Source of the DNA: Candidatus Kaiserbacteria bacterium
GTDB lineage: Bacteria > Patescibacteriota > Minisyncoccia > Phycocordibacterales > Phycocordibacteraceae
Reading direction: 5' to 3'
DNA: 64,000 nt
Assembly (NCBI GenBank): GCA_029288835.1
Contig: JARIGN010000004.1
Span: 22,313-86,312 of the forward strand
Shown here: positions 19,908 to 31,626 of the stretch, piece after piece
Position numbering within the stretch: the stretch's first letter is position 1
Layout: the number at the start of each line of letters is the position of its first letter
Notes under the pieces: generated by a model
Told to the model about the DNA's origin: nothing
Seen by the model: the letters and a program-made list of their open reading frames with translations, nothing else
Database searches by the model: none
Made by a program: the position numbers and the translations under genes

Positions 19908-20558
19908 GTGGGGGAATTGAACCGGCCGAGGAGGGCCACTATGACAAACATGATTCAAAGTGAGACTTCCCCGATCCCAGCCACGCTGGAAACTGCGGAA
20001 GTCATCATGGTGAAGTACCAGGTCTCGAACCCAAACCGGATTCCGGAAATCTTTGAGCACGTTGAACGTCCGCCCGACTTGACGGTGGATATCGAGCAGC
20101 AGAAGCTAGCTCGCTCCCAGGGAATCCCATACGATATCTTCAAGAAGGGTCGCGTACGCCGGGGTCGGGTCGACACGGGCGAGAACACGCTCAAGGAGAA
20201 CGGCCTGTTTGATACGGGACGTCTCATCGATGGGTTGCTGGCGAGCAATCGCTTCCGTCTCGTCGACGCCGTCACCTATGAACGGCCCCTCGAGCCGAAT
20301 GAGGATCAACGTCCTCAATCCCGCAAGTTGATCATGGTCCTCGTATTCTCCTCGAGAGCTGAAGATCAACCGATCTACGTGGCCAAAGACCTCGCCTATG
20401 CCGCTGCGCTCAAGATGCTCGGCAACATGGTCTGGAAGTTCTGCTCGGTCTGGGCGAACCGCGACCACACTATAACGGTGAACCTGTCACTCCTCGACCC
20501 CGATCGGAAAAGGAGAAAAAGCATTCAGATCAAGGACGGTCAGATCGTCGCCACCTAA
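19908..20558 (+). CDS. Hypothetical protein (216 aa; GTG start, alternative ATG 19941), strongly GC3-rich codon usage
   Basis: ORF followed by a terminator. Codon composition unlike neighbours. Confidence 0.5.
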   Translation: MGELNRPRRATMTNMIQSETSPIPATLETAEVIMVKYQVSNPNRIPEIFEHVERPPDLTVDIEQQKLARSQGIPYDIFKKGRVRRGRVDTGENTLKENGLFDTGRLIDGLLASNRFRLVDAVTYERPLEPNEDQRPQSRKLIMVLVFSSRAEDQPIYVAKDLAYAAALKMLGNMVWKFCSVWANRDHTITVNLSLLDPDRKRRKSIQIKDGQIVAT

Positions 20559-20586
20559 CGTCGACGCTAATTAGCCCTCCTCACTT

Positions 20587-20618
20587 CAAGCCGAGCCCGC
20601 AAGGACTCGGCTTTTTCT
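20587..20618 (+). terminator. Intrinsic terminator (gccgag...ctcggc + TTTTT)
   Basis: 6-8-bp GC stem followed by tttttcttt. Confidence 0.6.
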
Positions 20619-20624
20619 TTATTT

Positions 20625-22049
20625 TTAATCGCCCACTTGGAAAAGATACTTTTCGTTCTTTGAGTGAATGACTTCACCAAACCTGTCAAGCAAGTGTCCA
20701 ATTGCGTGCTCTGACAATACTTTTTTGGAATCAACAAACGTGTTTGATATAAAATCTGGAGGTAAGCCACTAGCAAGAGTAAACATGTGTGAAAGCATTG
20801 TGGTAGCATATTGTCCTTTTCCTAAATCAAATTCAAATATAATTCCTTCCGGTACAATCTCTGCTTTTTTAAAATCTACGTGAGATCGTGTTGGTGTGGA
20901 ACGGTTTTTTATTATTATTTGCGGGAAAGGACGAAGGTTCTCAAACTGTGAAGGACTGAATCCTATTGGATCAAGTATAGAACTATAAATTTGTTGGTCA
21001 GCTCGTAAAGGACTAAGAAAAAATGGTAACGCTTTTGGAACAGGTTTATTATTCAAAATAAGTTCAGATATTTTTGCATTAAAGAAAAGGGAGGATAAAG
21101 CATATAGCCAAAAAGTAATTTGTTCTGGAAGTGTTTGGAGCGCTCCACGATAATCGCCGGGATGATTCTTAAGATGCTGTACCACCCGCAGTTCATTTTC
21201 AAAGATAAGGGGAAAACGTAAGAGATCTTCATATACTACATTCCAATTCGGGATGTTCTTTTGAAGCGATTTTCTTATATCTTTAAAAAATGGTATCTCT
21301 CTAGGTCCTTGGTACGTGAGAAAATCCAACACTGCTTCTTCATAATTGCCGCGTAATATTGAAAGTGCCCACTGATAATTCCGTAATCGCGCAACACCAA
21401 ATCTTTGTAAGTAAAAAAAATTATAAAATCCATTTTCCTTAACTTCTTGTAATTTGTTTGCAAATTGGGCGAATGATTCTGGATTAAAAAAATCTTGCCG
21501 AGTTCGTACTAAAATAGTAAATTTGTTACCTTCAAGATAACCTCTCTGCATGCTTCCTTTGCCAAGCTCCCACTCTGCAAGAAAATAATAAGGAGAAGAA
21601 ATATTTTTTAAAGCTTCAGGTGAAGCATGTCGTATGGAAATTTTCTGTGCAGTAAGCGCACTCTTATCCTTGAGCCCAGCAAAGCTAATATCTTCAGTTC
21701 GAATTCTAAGCTGCTTCGCTAAATCTTCTGCAGCTTCAAAGGTAGAAAGATTACATTTAACAAGAGTTGCATAATACGTTCCGGCGCTATGCGTAGGTGC
21801 CTTCTCTTCTGTTGCGAACACGCTCTTAACAGTTCCATTAATCTTTTCTTCTACAATGAAGTCTTCAGGCCAGAATTTTATATATCCATGAGGAAATTCC
21901 TCCTTACCTGGAATTTGAATTCCTAATTCCAGTAGAGTTTTGGCATCATCAATATAGGTTTGTTCTTTAAATAGCTCAGGATTTTTTAAATATTCTTTTT
22001 CTAATTCCTGAAACTCTGCTTTTTTTATTTCGAGCCGATCAGTATTCAT
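20625..22049 (-). CDS. truD: tRNA pseudouridine synthase TruD/Pus7 family, long form (474 aa)
   Basis: PEDFIVEE, catalytic FAGLKDKSALTAQ (GxKD) and NFFYLQRFG motifs match TruD. The gene is markedly AT-rich relative to its flanks. Confidence 0.8.
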   Translation of the reverse strand: MNTDRLEIKKAEFQELEKEYLKNPELFKEQTYIDDAKTLLELGIQIPGKEEFPHGYIKFWPEDFIVEEKINGTVKSVFATEEKAPTHSAGTYYATLVKCNLSTFEAAEDLAKQLRIRTEDISFAGLKDKSALTAQKISIRHASPEALKNISSPYYFLAEWELGKGSMQRGYLEGNKFTILVRTRQDFFNPESFAQFANKLQEVKENGFYNFFYLQRFGVARLRNYQWALSILRGNYEEAVLDFLTYQGPREIPFFKDIRKSLQKNIPNWNVVYEDLLRFPLIFENELRVVQHLKNHPGDYRGALQTLPEQITFWLYALSSLFFNAKISELILNNKPVPKALPFFLSPLRADQQIYSSILDPIGFSPSQFENLRPFPQIIIKNRSTPTRSHVDFKKAEIVPEGIIFEFDLGKGQYATTMLSHMFTLASGLPPDFISNTFVDSKKVLSEHAIGHLLDRFGEVIHSKNEKYLFQVGD

Positions 22050-22051
22050 AA

Positions 22052-23128
22052 CTATTTACCCTTTCCGTAATACTTTTTCAAGAGCGCAACATGCTCTGGG
22101 TACGTCGCGGCACAGTGGAAGTTTCCGTGTGAGTCATGGAAATAGTAGAGGCAGGAGGTCTGCACGGGGTTTAAGGCAGCGAGTACCGCGGCAACAGACG
22201 GGTTTGCAATTGGTCCAGGCGGAAGACCCGCGTGCTCGTACGTGTTATAGGCTGAAGAAATATATTTGTCCTTTGGCTGCGCGACAGGCCACCAGTTTCC
22301 CGCAATACTGCCGCTCTTTGTCGCCTTTGCATACTGGAGCGTCGCGTCTATTTGCAGGTTCATATTGTTAAAAAGACGATTCCAGATGATGCCGGAAATG
22401 ATACGCATGTCATCTGGTCCTGCTGCTTCACGCTCAAGGAGGGAAGCGATCGTGAGTGCTTCAGAAAGCGGCACTTGTTCTTGGGTGGTGGTGCTGTAGT
22501 GCGAAAGGATGTCCTTGCTAAACGAAGCTGAGACAATTGCAGCAGCTTCACTCGGTGTGGTTTCGCTTGAGACGGCATAGGTTCCCGGTTCAAAAATACC
22601 TTCTGAAATTTCTGTGCTCGTTCCTTCTGTCTGAGCAGTGTTTGCGGAAACATCGTTTATGAACTCTGTACGCTGCTTTGCATTCCACCCGAGCGCAGAG
22701 CCAAACACCGTCGCAACCTGCTCTTTTCGGTACCCCGGAAGAATGGTGACAAGCCTGCCGTCTGCAGAAGCAAGCGACTGGTATAAGGAAGTGTTATTAA
22801 GAAGTGAGGCAAACCATCCAAGCAGTTCAGAAAAGTTTCCAACCGAGGCCGTCAGCGAAGAAGTGTGTTCAGTAAAATAAGCATTTGCTTCTGCATTTTC
22901 AACTATCTGCTTTTTGGAAGGGATTACCGACACAGGGAAGGGTGCAGGAGTAGTAGGCTTTAGTACCACAGGAGCGCTTTGTTCATTGTGCGCGGTCAAA
23001 AGAAAAACCTGCGGCACGATGAACGCAACCGTTGCGAAAATGACCAGTATGAGAGCGGTAACCACGAGCGGCTTACGGCCTTTTGAAGACACTTTAGTAG
23101 CCATACGAATACCTAAACTGTAACGCAA
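22052..23128 (-). CDS. mltG: Endolytic murein transglycosylase MltG (YceG family)
   Basis: N-terminal TM. C-terminal GLPPGPIANPSVAAVLAALNP...LYYF signature. Confidence 0.8.
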   Translation of the reverse strand: MRYSLGIRMATKVSSKGRKPLVVTALILVIFATVAFIVPQVFLLTAHNEQSAPVVLKPTTPAPFPVSVIPSKKQIVENAEANAYFTEHTSSLTASVGNFSELLGWFASLLNNTSLYQSLASADGRLVTILPGYRKEQVATVFGSALGWNAKQRTEFINDVSANTAQTEGTSTEISEGIFEPGTYAVSSETTPSEAAAIVSASFSKDILSHYSTTTQEQVPLSEALTIASLLEREAAGPDDMRIISGIIWNRLFNNMNLQIDATLQYAKATKSGSIAGNWWPVAQPKDKYISSAYNTYEHAGLPPGPIANPSVAAVLAALNPVQTSCLYYFHDSHGNFHCAATYPEHVALLKKYYGKGK

Positions 23129-23171
23129 AAATGCTGATTTTACTATGGCAGAGCAATGCTACAATGAAGAT

Positions 23172-23585
23172 ATGAAAAAATTTCTCACCCCTTTTCTTAT
23201 TGCTCTTATTGCCATGCTTTGTCTCGACGTGCTGTGGATAGGATTCATCGCGGCTTCTTTTTATAAGGTTGAAATGGGCGCGTACTATTCCTCGACACCA
23301 CTGCTGTGGCCTGCAGCTATTTTTTACGTGCTCTATGTGTGCGGCTTGGTGCACTTTGTTATTCAGCCAGCGCTTCGTTCAGGCTCAGTATCAACGGCTG
23401 CGGCTAAAGGTGCATTCTTTGCAGCAGTAGCGTTTGGTACCTATGACCTCACGGCGCTTTCCGTCATTCCACATTGGCCCGTCATCCTAAGTGCGGTTGA
23501 TATGGCATGGGGAACCTTCGAAGGCATGCTCGTGTGCGCCATAACCTATCTCATCACAAAATCCGTTACGCACTCTCCGCGCTAG
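23172..23585 (+). CDS. Small integral membrane protein (DUF2177-like)
   Basis: Four predicted TM helices. Family assignment from memory only. Confidence 0.45.
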   Translation: MKKFLTPFLIALIAMLCLDVLWIGFIAASFYKVEMGAYYSSTPLLWPAAIFYVLYVCGLVHFVIQPALRSGSVSTAAAKGAFFAAVAFGTYDLTALSVIPHWPVILSAVDMAWGTFEGMLVCAITYLITKSVTHSPR

Positions 23586-23618
23586 ACCTTGTGTCCGCTT
23601 GTGTGGTAGCTTCAGAAT

Positions 23619-24107
23619 ATGGTTAAGATTCCGCGCAAGCCAACGGTTATAGAAAGCACCGTCACCTGGATCGGTTCAGTACCGTCCATTATTTTTCATA
23701 CCTGCGTCTTTCTTTTGTTCACTCTCCTCACGCTCTCAAACATTTTCCCCAGCAACACCGTACTCCTCGTCTGGAATACGATGGTTTCCCTCGAGGCCAT
23801 CTATCTCGCGCTTTTCATTCAGTACACGGTGAACCGCAACACGCGCAGTCTCGAAGAGGTGGAGGAAGACATTGATGAGATTCAGGAAGACGTGGACGAG
23901 CTCCAGGAAGATGTCGAAGATCTCGGCGAAGACCTTGGCGAGATTCAGGAGGATATTGAGGAAATGTCTGAAGATATTGAAGAAATGTCCGAGGAAGACA
24001 AGGAAGAGGAGCGTCAGGAGGGGGTTCGTGCAGCAAATATTGAAAAGCTTACGGAAGACATCCGTCGTGTGCTTCAGGACCTCGAGACCATTAAAAAGCA
24101 AAAGTAA
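23619..24107 (+). CDS. Membrane protein (DUF1003-like) with acidic tandem-repeat coiled-coil tail
   Basis: Two TM helices, then EEDIDEIQEDVDELQEDVEDLGEDLGEIQEDIEEMSEDIEEMSEE. Confidence 0.5.
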   Translation: MVKIPRKPTVIESTVTWIGSVPSIIFHTCVFLLFTLLTLSNIFPSNTVLLVWNTMVSLEAIYLALFIQYTVNRNTRSLEEVEEDIDEIQEDVDELQEDVEDLGEDLGEIQEDIEEMSEDIEEMSEEDKEEERQEGVRAANIEKLTEDIRRVLQDLETIKKQK

Positions 24108-24125
24108 AAAGAAATCCCTCACTCC

Positions 24126-24815
24126 TTACTTAGGAGCGAGGGTTTGCCGATATGCAGCAATGTCTTGGGAAACTGAGCTGCTTAGTGCAAAAAGGGTAAC
24201 GACACCCCATCCCCAAACGAACATAGTCCTTTTCAAAGTAGTGGAACCCGAAAGAGGAAGTTTTTCACTGATTTCATCTAAGTGTTCATTGCGAACTCTA
24301 CCGCCGCCGATGAATAAGCAGGGAATCACTGCAGCACCACACTCCCGGATTCTGCGAATTGATTGCTTGATCAGCCAGCGCTGTTCAGAGGGACGAAACT
24401 CGTTACAACAGATGAGCACCGTGTCATCGGGGCTCGGGAGCAACTCAGGATCATACTCAAGGGTAGTGTCGCAGGCGACTACTCGACAGGTTGTTTCCCG
24501 TCCAGGAATTTTTTCAAGCTCTTCGCATACTTTTACTGCGAATGCTTGTGGCATACCTTTGATACAGGTAACTGCCGTAATGTCCTGCAGGTTATAGCCA
24601 AGATTGTACTGCTCAGCATCGCTGCAGAGACGTTGCACCAAATTGTTGGCCTTTATCGCAAGTATGTTAGGATCTGGATCAAAAAAACGAGCTAGACGCC
24701 TTGTTAGAAAGATCTCGTAATCAGACAAAGGTAATACCCCCCTGGCTTGTTGCGCACCCCATAGTGCGATTTCCAAAGAAAACGGTATCAGACTATATGC
24801 ACTTTGTGAATTCAC
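24126..24815 (-). CDS. Hypothetical protein with C-terminal TM anchor (229 aa)
   Basis: ORF divergent from the atp operon. No motif recognised. Confidence 0.4.
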   Translation of the reverse strand: MNSQSAYSLIPFSLEIALWGAQQARGVLPLSDYEIFLTRRLARFFDPDPNILAIKANNLVQRLCSDAEQYNLGYNLQDITAVTCIKGMPQAFAVKVCEELEKIPGRETTCRVVACDTTLEYDPELLPSPDDTVLICCNEFRPSEQRWLIKQSIRRIRECGAAVIPCLFIGGGRVRNEHLDEISEKLPLSGSTTLKRTMFVWGWGVVTLFALSSSVSQDIAAYRQTLAPK

Positions 24816-24840
24816 ATAAGTTTTGCTAAACTAAACCGTA

Positions 24841-25885
<1,045 letters not shown>

Positions 25886-25902
25886 GGATCACCTAGGCAC
25901 GT

Positions 25903-26358
25903 ATGCAAGCACTCTTCGACGCATTTGGTCTCAACCTTCCACTTCTGCTCGCGCAGATAGTGAATTTTGGCATCGTGCTTGTTGCGCTTACCTATTTCCT
26001 CTATAAGCCGATCAACAAGGTGCTCACCGAGCGCCAGCAAAAGATCGCACAGGGAGTAGAAGACGCAGAGCGCGCGGCTAAAAAGCTTGCGACCGCAGAC
26101 AGTGTCGCGGCTTCAAAGGTCCACGAGGCTGAAGAAGAAGCAGAAGGCATCGTTGTGTCTGCGCGTGAAGAGGCCACCAGCCAGAAGAGTCGCATTGTGA
26201 AGGAGGCTGAAGCGCGTGCCGCACAAGTTGCGGCAGATGCTGAAGCACGTGCCAAAGAAACTGCAGCAAAAGCCCTTCGCGACAGCGAAAAAGAGGTAGC
26301 GCGTCTTGCCGTACTTGCCGCAGAAAAAATCCTTCGCCATCCTGAAAAAGCAGCATGA
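25903..26358 (+). CDS. atpF: F0F1 ATP synthase subunit b
   Basis: N-terminal TM plus long charged helix. Operon position. Confidence 0.8.
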   Translation: MQALFDAFGLNLPLLLAQIVNFGIVLVALTYFLYKPINKVLTERQQKIAQGVEDAERAAKKLATADSVAASKVHEAEEEAEGIVVSAREEATSQKSRIVKEAEARAAQVAADAEARAKETAAKALRDSEKEVARLAVLAAEKILRHPEKAA

Positions 26359-26747
26359 CCCTTGCCCGCGACTACGCCCAGGCGCTTGTAAACGCTGCAC
26401 ATACCGCTGAAAAGGAAAGCACGAAAGCTGAGCCTAAGAAGCTTGTCGCGCAGCTCGTGAAGCACCTCGAAACTACCGGCCGCATGAAGCTTTTGCCGCA
26501 TATCGTGCGCGAGCTCGGCCGCCTAGAAGCCCAAGAAAAAAAACTTGCGCCACAGGTAGAGGTCGCGCACCAAAAAGATGCGGCGCACGCTCTCGCAGCG
26601 GCAGCAAAGCACGGCATTCATGCAAACGAAGCGCGTGTAAACCACACCCTTGTGCAGGGATGGCGCGCCAGCAGCAAAGGCACTTTGCTCGATGCTTCCG
26701 CAAAACGGCAGCTCGTCGAGCTTTATAAGAAAGTACTCACGCACTAG
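26355..26747 (+). CDS. atpH: F0F1 ATP synthase subunit delta, shortened (130 aa)
   Basis: ATGA overlap with atpF. ARDYAQALVNAA start and LDASAKRQLVEL end resemble OSCP/delta termini. Middle is missing. Confidence 0.7.
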   Translation: MTLARDYAQALVNAAHTAEKESTKAEPKKLVAQLVKHLETTGRMKLLPHIVRELGRLEAQEKKLAPQVEVAHQKDAAHALAAAAKHGIHANEARVNHTLVQGWRASSKGTLLDASAKRQLVELYKKVLTH

Positions 26748-26784
26748 TTTTAGTTTTCTTTATTAATTTATCAATCGCCACGGT

Positions 26785-28332
26785 ATGGAAAGCATTATTA
26801 AAAGAATCGAAGAAGAAATCTCTGCACTCACGCCAAACGTGCAGGAAGAGGAGACGGGTATCGTGCGCACTGCCGGTGACGGCATTGCCGAAATCGATGG
26901 CCTCCAAAATGCCATCATGACGGAAATGGTGCTTTTCGACCCGAGCTTTGACGGCTCCCTCGAAGACGCTATCAAGGATGCCGACCCGATCTATGGGCTC
27001 GTCTTGAACCTCGAAGAGGACGGCGTGCGTGCCGTGATTCTTGGCGATGCGTCGCGCGTGTATGAAGGCATGCGTGTGCGCCGCTTGGGACGACTGCTTT
27101 CCATTCCTGTAGGTGACGCGCTTGTCGGGCGTGTGGTGAACGCGCTTGGTGAGCCGGTTGATGGCAAAGGTCCTATCGCTGGCACTAAGCTCATGCCAAT
27201 CGAGCACGAAGCATACGGCGTGATGGATCGCTCTCCGGTAAATGTGCCGCTCCATACCGGCATTAAGGCTATTGATGCGATGATTCCGATTGGTCGTGGC
27301 CAGCGCGAGCTCATCATCGGTGACCGCGGTGTCGGAAAGACCACTATTGCCATCGATACTATTTTGAACCAGAAATCAGAGCCTGAAGCGACTCGTCCTA
27401 TTTGTATCTATGTCGCTATCGGCCAGAAGGAATCAAAGACCGCAAAGATTGTCGCAAGCCTTGAGGAATCAGGTGCAATGGCATACACCATCGTGGTGAC
27501 GGCTCCGGCATCAAGCCCTGCTGCTTTTCAGTTTTTGGCACCGTTTGCCGGTGCTACCATTGGCGAGCACTTCATGGAGCAAGGGAAGGATGCACTCGTT
27601 ATCTATGATGACCTTTCCAAGCAGGCAGTGGCATACCGCCAGATGGCTTTGCTCCTTCGCCGTCCACCAGGCCGCGAAGCATATCCTGGAGACGTGTTTT
27701 ATTTGCACTCCCGCCTTCTCGAGCGCGCGGCAAAGCTCTCAAAAGAAAAGGGAGGTGGCTCTTTGACCGCGCTTCCAATCATTGAAACCCAGGAAGGTGA
27801 CATCTCGGCGTACATTCCGACAAACGTCATTTCCATCACCGACGGTCAGATCTTCTTGCTCGCTGATCTCTTCAACAAAGGCCAGCGGCCTGCTATTGAC
27901 GTCGGAAACTCCGTGTCTCGCGTGGGTTCTTCGGCACAGACTAAGGCTATGAAAAAAGTGTCCGGAAAGATCAAGCTTGAGCTTGCGCAGTTCCGTGAAC
28001 TCGAAGCCTTCATGCAGTTCTCTTCAGACCTTGATGCAGAGACCAAGAAGCGCATTGATTCCGGCCAGCGCATGACGCAGGTGTTGAACCAGAGCGAAGG
28101 CCATCCGCTTCCGTTTGAAATGGAAGCTGCGGTTATCTTTGCCGCGGTTAATGGATACCTTGATAGTTTTGATCCTTCCCAGACCAGCTCCGCAGAGCAG
28201 CGCCTCCAGGACTTCCTCATGCGAGAAGCGAAGGATGTGCTTGCACAGATTAAGGAGACCAAGAATATCGACGGCGACGTAGAAGCTTCGCTTCGCGCTG
28301 CACTTGATAAGTTCGCAGAACGCGTCGCGTAA
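26785..28332 (+). CDS. atpA: F0F1 ATP synthase subunit alpha
   Basis: GDRGVGKT Walker A. Strong collinearity with alpha subunits. Confidence 0.95.
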   Translation: MESIIKRIEEEISALTPNVQEEETGIVRTAGDGIAEIDGLQNAIMTEMVLFDPSFDGSLEDAIKDADPIYGLVLNLEEDGVRAVILGDASRVYEGMRVRRLGRLLSIPVGDALVGRVVNALGEPVDGKGPIAGTKLMPIEHEAYGVMDRSPVNVPLHTGIKAIDAMIPIGRGQRELIIGDRGVGKTTIAIDTILNQKSEPEATRPICIYVAIGQKESKTAKIVASLEESGAMAYTIVVTAPASSPAAFQFLAPFAGATIGEHFMEQGKDALVIYDDLSKQAVAYRQMALLLRRPPGREAYPGDVFYLHSRLLERAAKLSKEKGGGSLTALPIIETQEGDISAYIPTNVISITDGQIFLLADLFNKGQRPAIDVGNSVSRVGSSAQTKAMKKVSGKIKLELAQFRELEAFMQFSSDLDAETKKRIDSGQRMTQVLNQSEGHPLPFEMEAAVIFAAVNGYLDSFDPSQTSSAEQRLQDFLMREAKDVLAQIKETKNIDGDVEASLRAALDKFAERVA

Positions 28333-28339
28333 CGACTTC

Positions 28340-29248
28340 ATGGCACTCAAAGACATCAAAGCAAAAATACAGGCAACCAAACGCATGCACACGGTGACGC
28401 GTGCGATGGAAGCCTTGTCTGCGGTGAAGATGCGCAAGACACAGCAGTCTGCGTTTGAGGGCAGGCCGTATGCACGCGCAGCGCTATCCATCCTTGCGCG
28501 TCTTTCGGGAAGTCAGGATGTGCAAAGCCATCCACTTACCCAAACGCGTGAAGTAAAGAAAACGGCAGTGGTAGTCATCACAAGCGACAAAGGCCTTGCT
28601 GGAGCGCTTAATAGCGGCGTAATAAAGGCAGCAGTGCGCGCCGTAGAAGGGCGAGACCGTGACTCGCTTGTGCTCTTTACCTATGGACGCAAGGGTGAAG
28701 AATTCTTCTCTCGCCGCGGCTACACCATTGCAAAGTCATTTGAGAACAAGCGTGACGACGTGCCACTTTCCGTCATGCAAGAACTTTCCGCAGAACTTTC
28801 TCGTGGCTTCCTGGCAGGCGAGTATGACGAAGTGCTCGCGGTATACACCAATTTTCGCTCCACCTTCGAGCAGCTTCCTACCGTGCGCAAACTTCTCCCG
28901 CTTTCTATCGAAAGCGTTTCAGAGCTGGTGGAGGATATTCGCCCAGCGAAAGGGAAGTGGAGCAATGAGCCAATTCTCACTTCGCCGCAGTCCTATGAGG
29001 TCGAGCCATCGGCAGAGGAAGTGCTTGGGCTTTTGATCCCGCGTCTCGTCGCTATTTCGCTTTACTACATGCTTCTTGAGGCAAAGGCTTCTGAACACTC
29101 AGCGCGCATGGTCGCCATGAAGAACGCTTCAGACAAGTCAAAAGAGGTGACCCGCAACCTCACCCGCGCCTACAACAAGGCGCGCCAGGCTGCCATTACC
29201 CGAGAAGTGTCAGAGATCGTGAGTGGCCGCGAGGCTCTCGCCACATAA
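28340..29248 (+). CDS. atpG: F0F1 ATP synthase subunit gamma
   Basis: MALKDIKAKIQATKRMHTVTRAME start. C-terminal ARQAAITREVSEIVSG. Confidence 0.85.
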   Translation: MALKDIKAKIQATKRMHTVTRAMEALSAVKMRKTQQSAFEGRPYARAALSILARLSGSQDVQSHPLTQTREVKKTAVVVITSDKGLAGALNSGVIKAAVRAVEGRDRDSLVLFTYGRKGEEFFSRRGYTIAKSFENKRDDVPLSVMQELSAELSRGFLAGEYDEVLAVYTNFRSTFEQLPTVRKLLPLSIESVSELVEDIRPAKGKWSNEPILTSPQSYEVEPSAEEVLGLLIPRLVAISLYYMLLEAKASEHSARMVAMKNASDKSKEVTRNLTRAYNKARQAAITREVSEIVSGREALAT

Positions 29249-29251
29249 GCT

Positions 29252-31014
<1,763 letters not shown>

Positions 31015-31019
31015 CCATT

Positions 31020-31268
31020 ATGGCAAAGACTTTTCACCTCACAATCGCCCAAGTCGGCCAAAATATCTTTGATGGGGAAGCGCTTTCCGTGACGCTTCCG
31101 GGCGCTGCCGGTGCCTTTACCGTGCTTGCGAACCACGAAGCCTTCGTAACGCCGCTCAAAGCAGGTGATGCAAAGATTGTCACGGCAGAAAACGAGCATA
31201 AGACGGTGACGCTTTCCGAAGCGGGCATTGCAGAAGTTTCCCAAAACCAGGCAACGGTGATTCTCTAA
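31020..31268 (+). CDS. atpC: F0F1 ATP synthase subunit epsilon, N-terminal beta-sandwich only (82 aa)
   Basis: Operon position. LTIAQVGQNIFDGEA start typical of epsilon. Lacks the C-terminal helical hairpin. Confidence 0.75.
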   Translation: MAKTFHLTIAQVGQNIFDGEALSVTLPGAAGAFTVLANHEAFVTPLKAGDAKIVTAENEHKTVTLSEAGIAEVSQNQATVIL

Positions 31269-31302
31269 AAGAAAAGGCCGCCCGGAGGCGACCAAAAGTC
31301 TG

Positions 31303-31542
31303 TTATTCAAACACAGATGGCAGTTTTGTTGCTTTGATGAAATCCCAGATAATTTCCCGAAATTCAGTACAGCCTGCTAAAAATGAGTCTTTTGGTGACA
31401 CTTTCACCGCTTTTTTAGTGAGTAAGACCGTTACGTCTTCGTTTAATCCGTATACTGATGCCTTGAAACTACAGTGTGAGACTTTTGTGGAAAGAAGCTT
31501 GGCAAGCTTCTTTCGCGCTTGCTCAACATACTTCTTTTCCAT
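31303..31542 (-). CDS. Small hypothetical protein (~79 aa from the ATG with GAGGGA RBS; longer GTG-start version to 31572)
   Basis: ORF only. Overlaps an alternative TTG start of the downstream + gene. Confidence 0.3.
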   Translation of the reverse strand: MEKKYVEQARKKLAKLLSTKVSHCSFKASVYGLNEDVTVLLTKKAVKVSPKDSFLAGCTEFREIIWDFIKATKLPSVFE

Positions 31543-31626
31543 ACGTCCCTCTCGAAGAACAGCAAGCGACACTATACGCGAGCTGAACTAATTATTCAAC
31601 TCTGCATTTGCTATACTGTTTCTATC

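Noticed and set aside
19341-24800. Classical integrated prophage or genomic island with integrase and att repeats at tRNA-Cys
   Set aside because: There is no integrase, recombinase or phage structural gene. I found no duplicate of the tRNA 3' end downstream. Only a compositional mosaic is supportable.
24126-24815. AtpI (ATP synthase protein I) assignment for the gene upstream of atpB
   Set aside because: It is on the opposite strand. It has only one C-terminal hydrophobic segment, whereas AtpI has several TM helices. No similarity was recognised. Left as hypothetical.
31519-31626. TTG start at 31519 for the FtsA/PilM-like gene, which would overlap the minus-strand small ORF
   Set aside because: ATG at 31627 gives an N-terminus that starts right at the actin-fold phosphate-1 motif and avoids a 50-nt antisense overlap. 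The longer version is kept only as an alternative.
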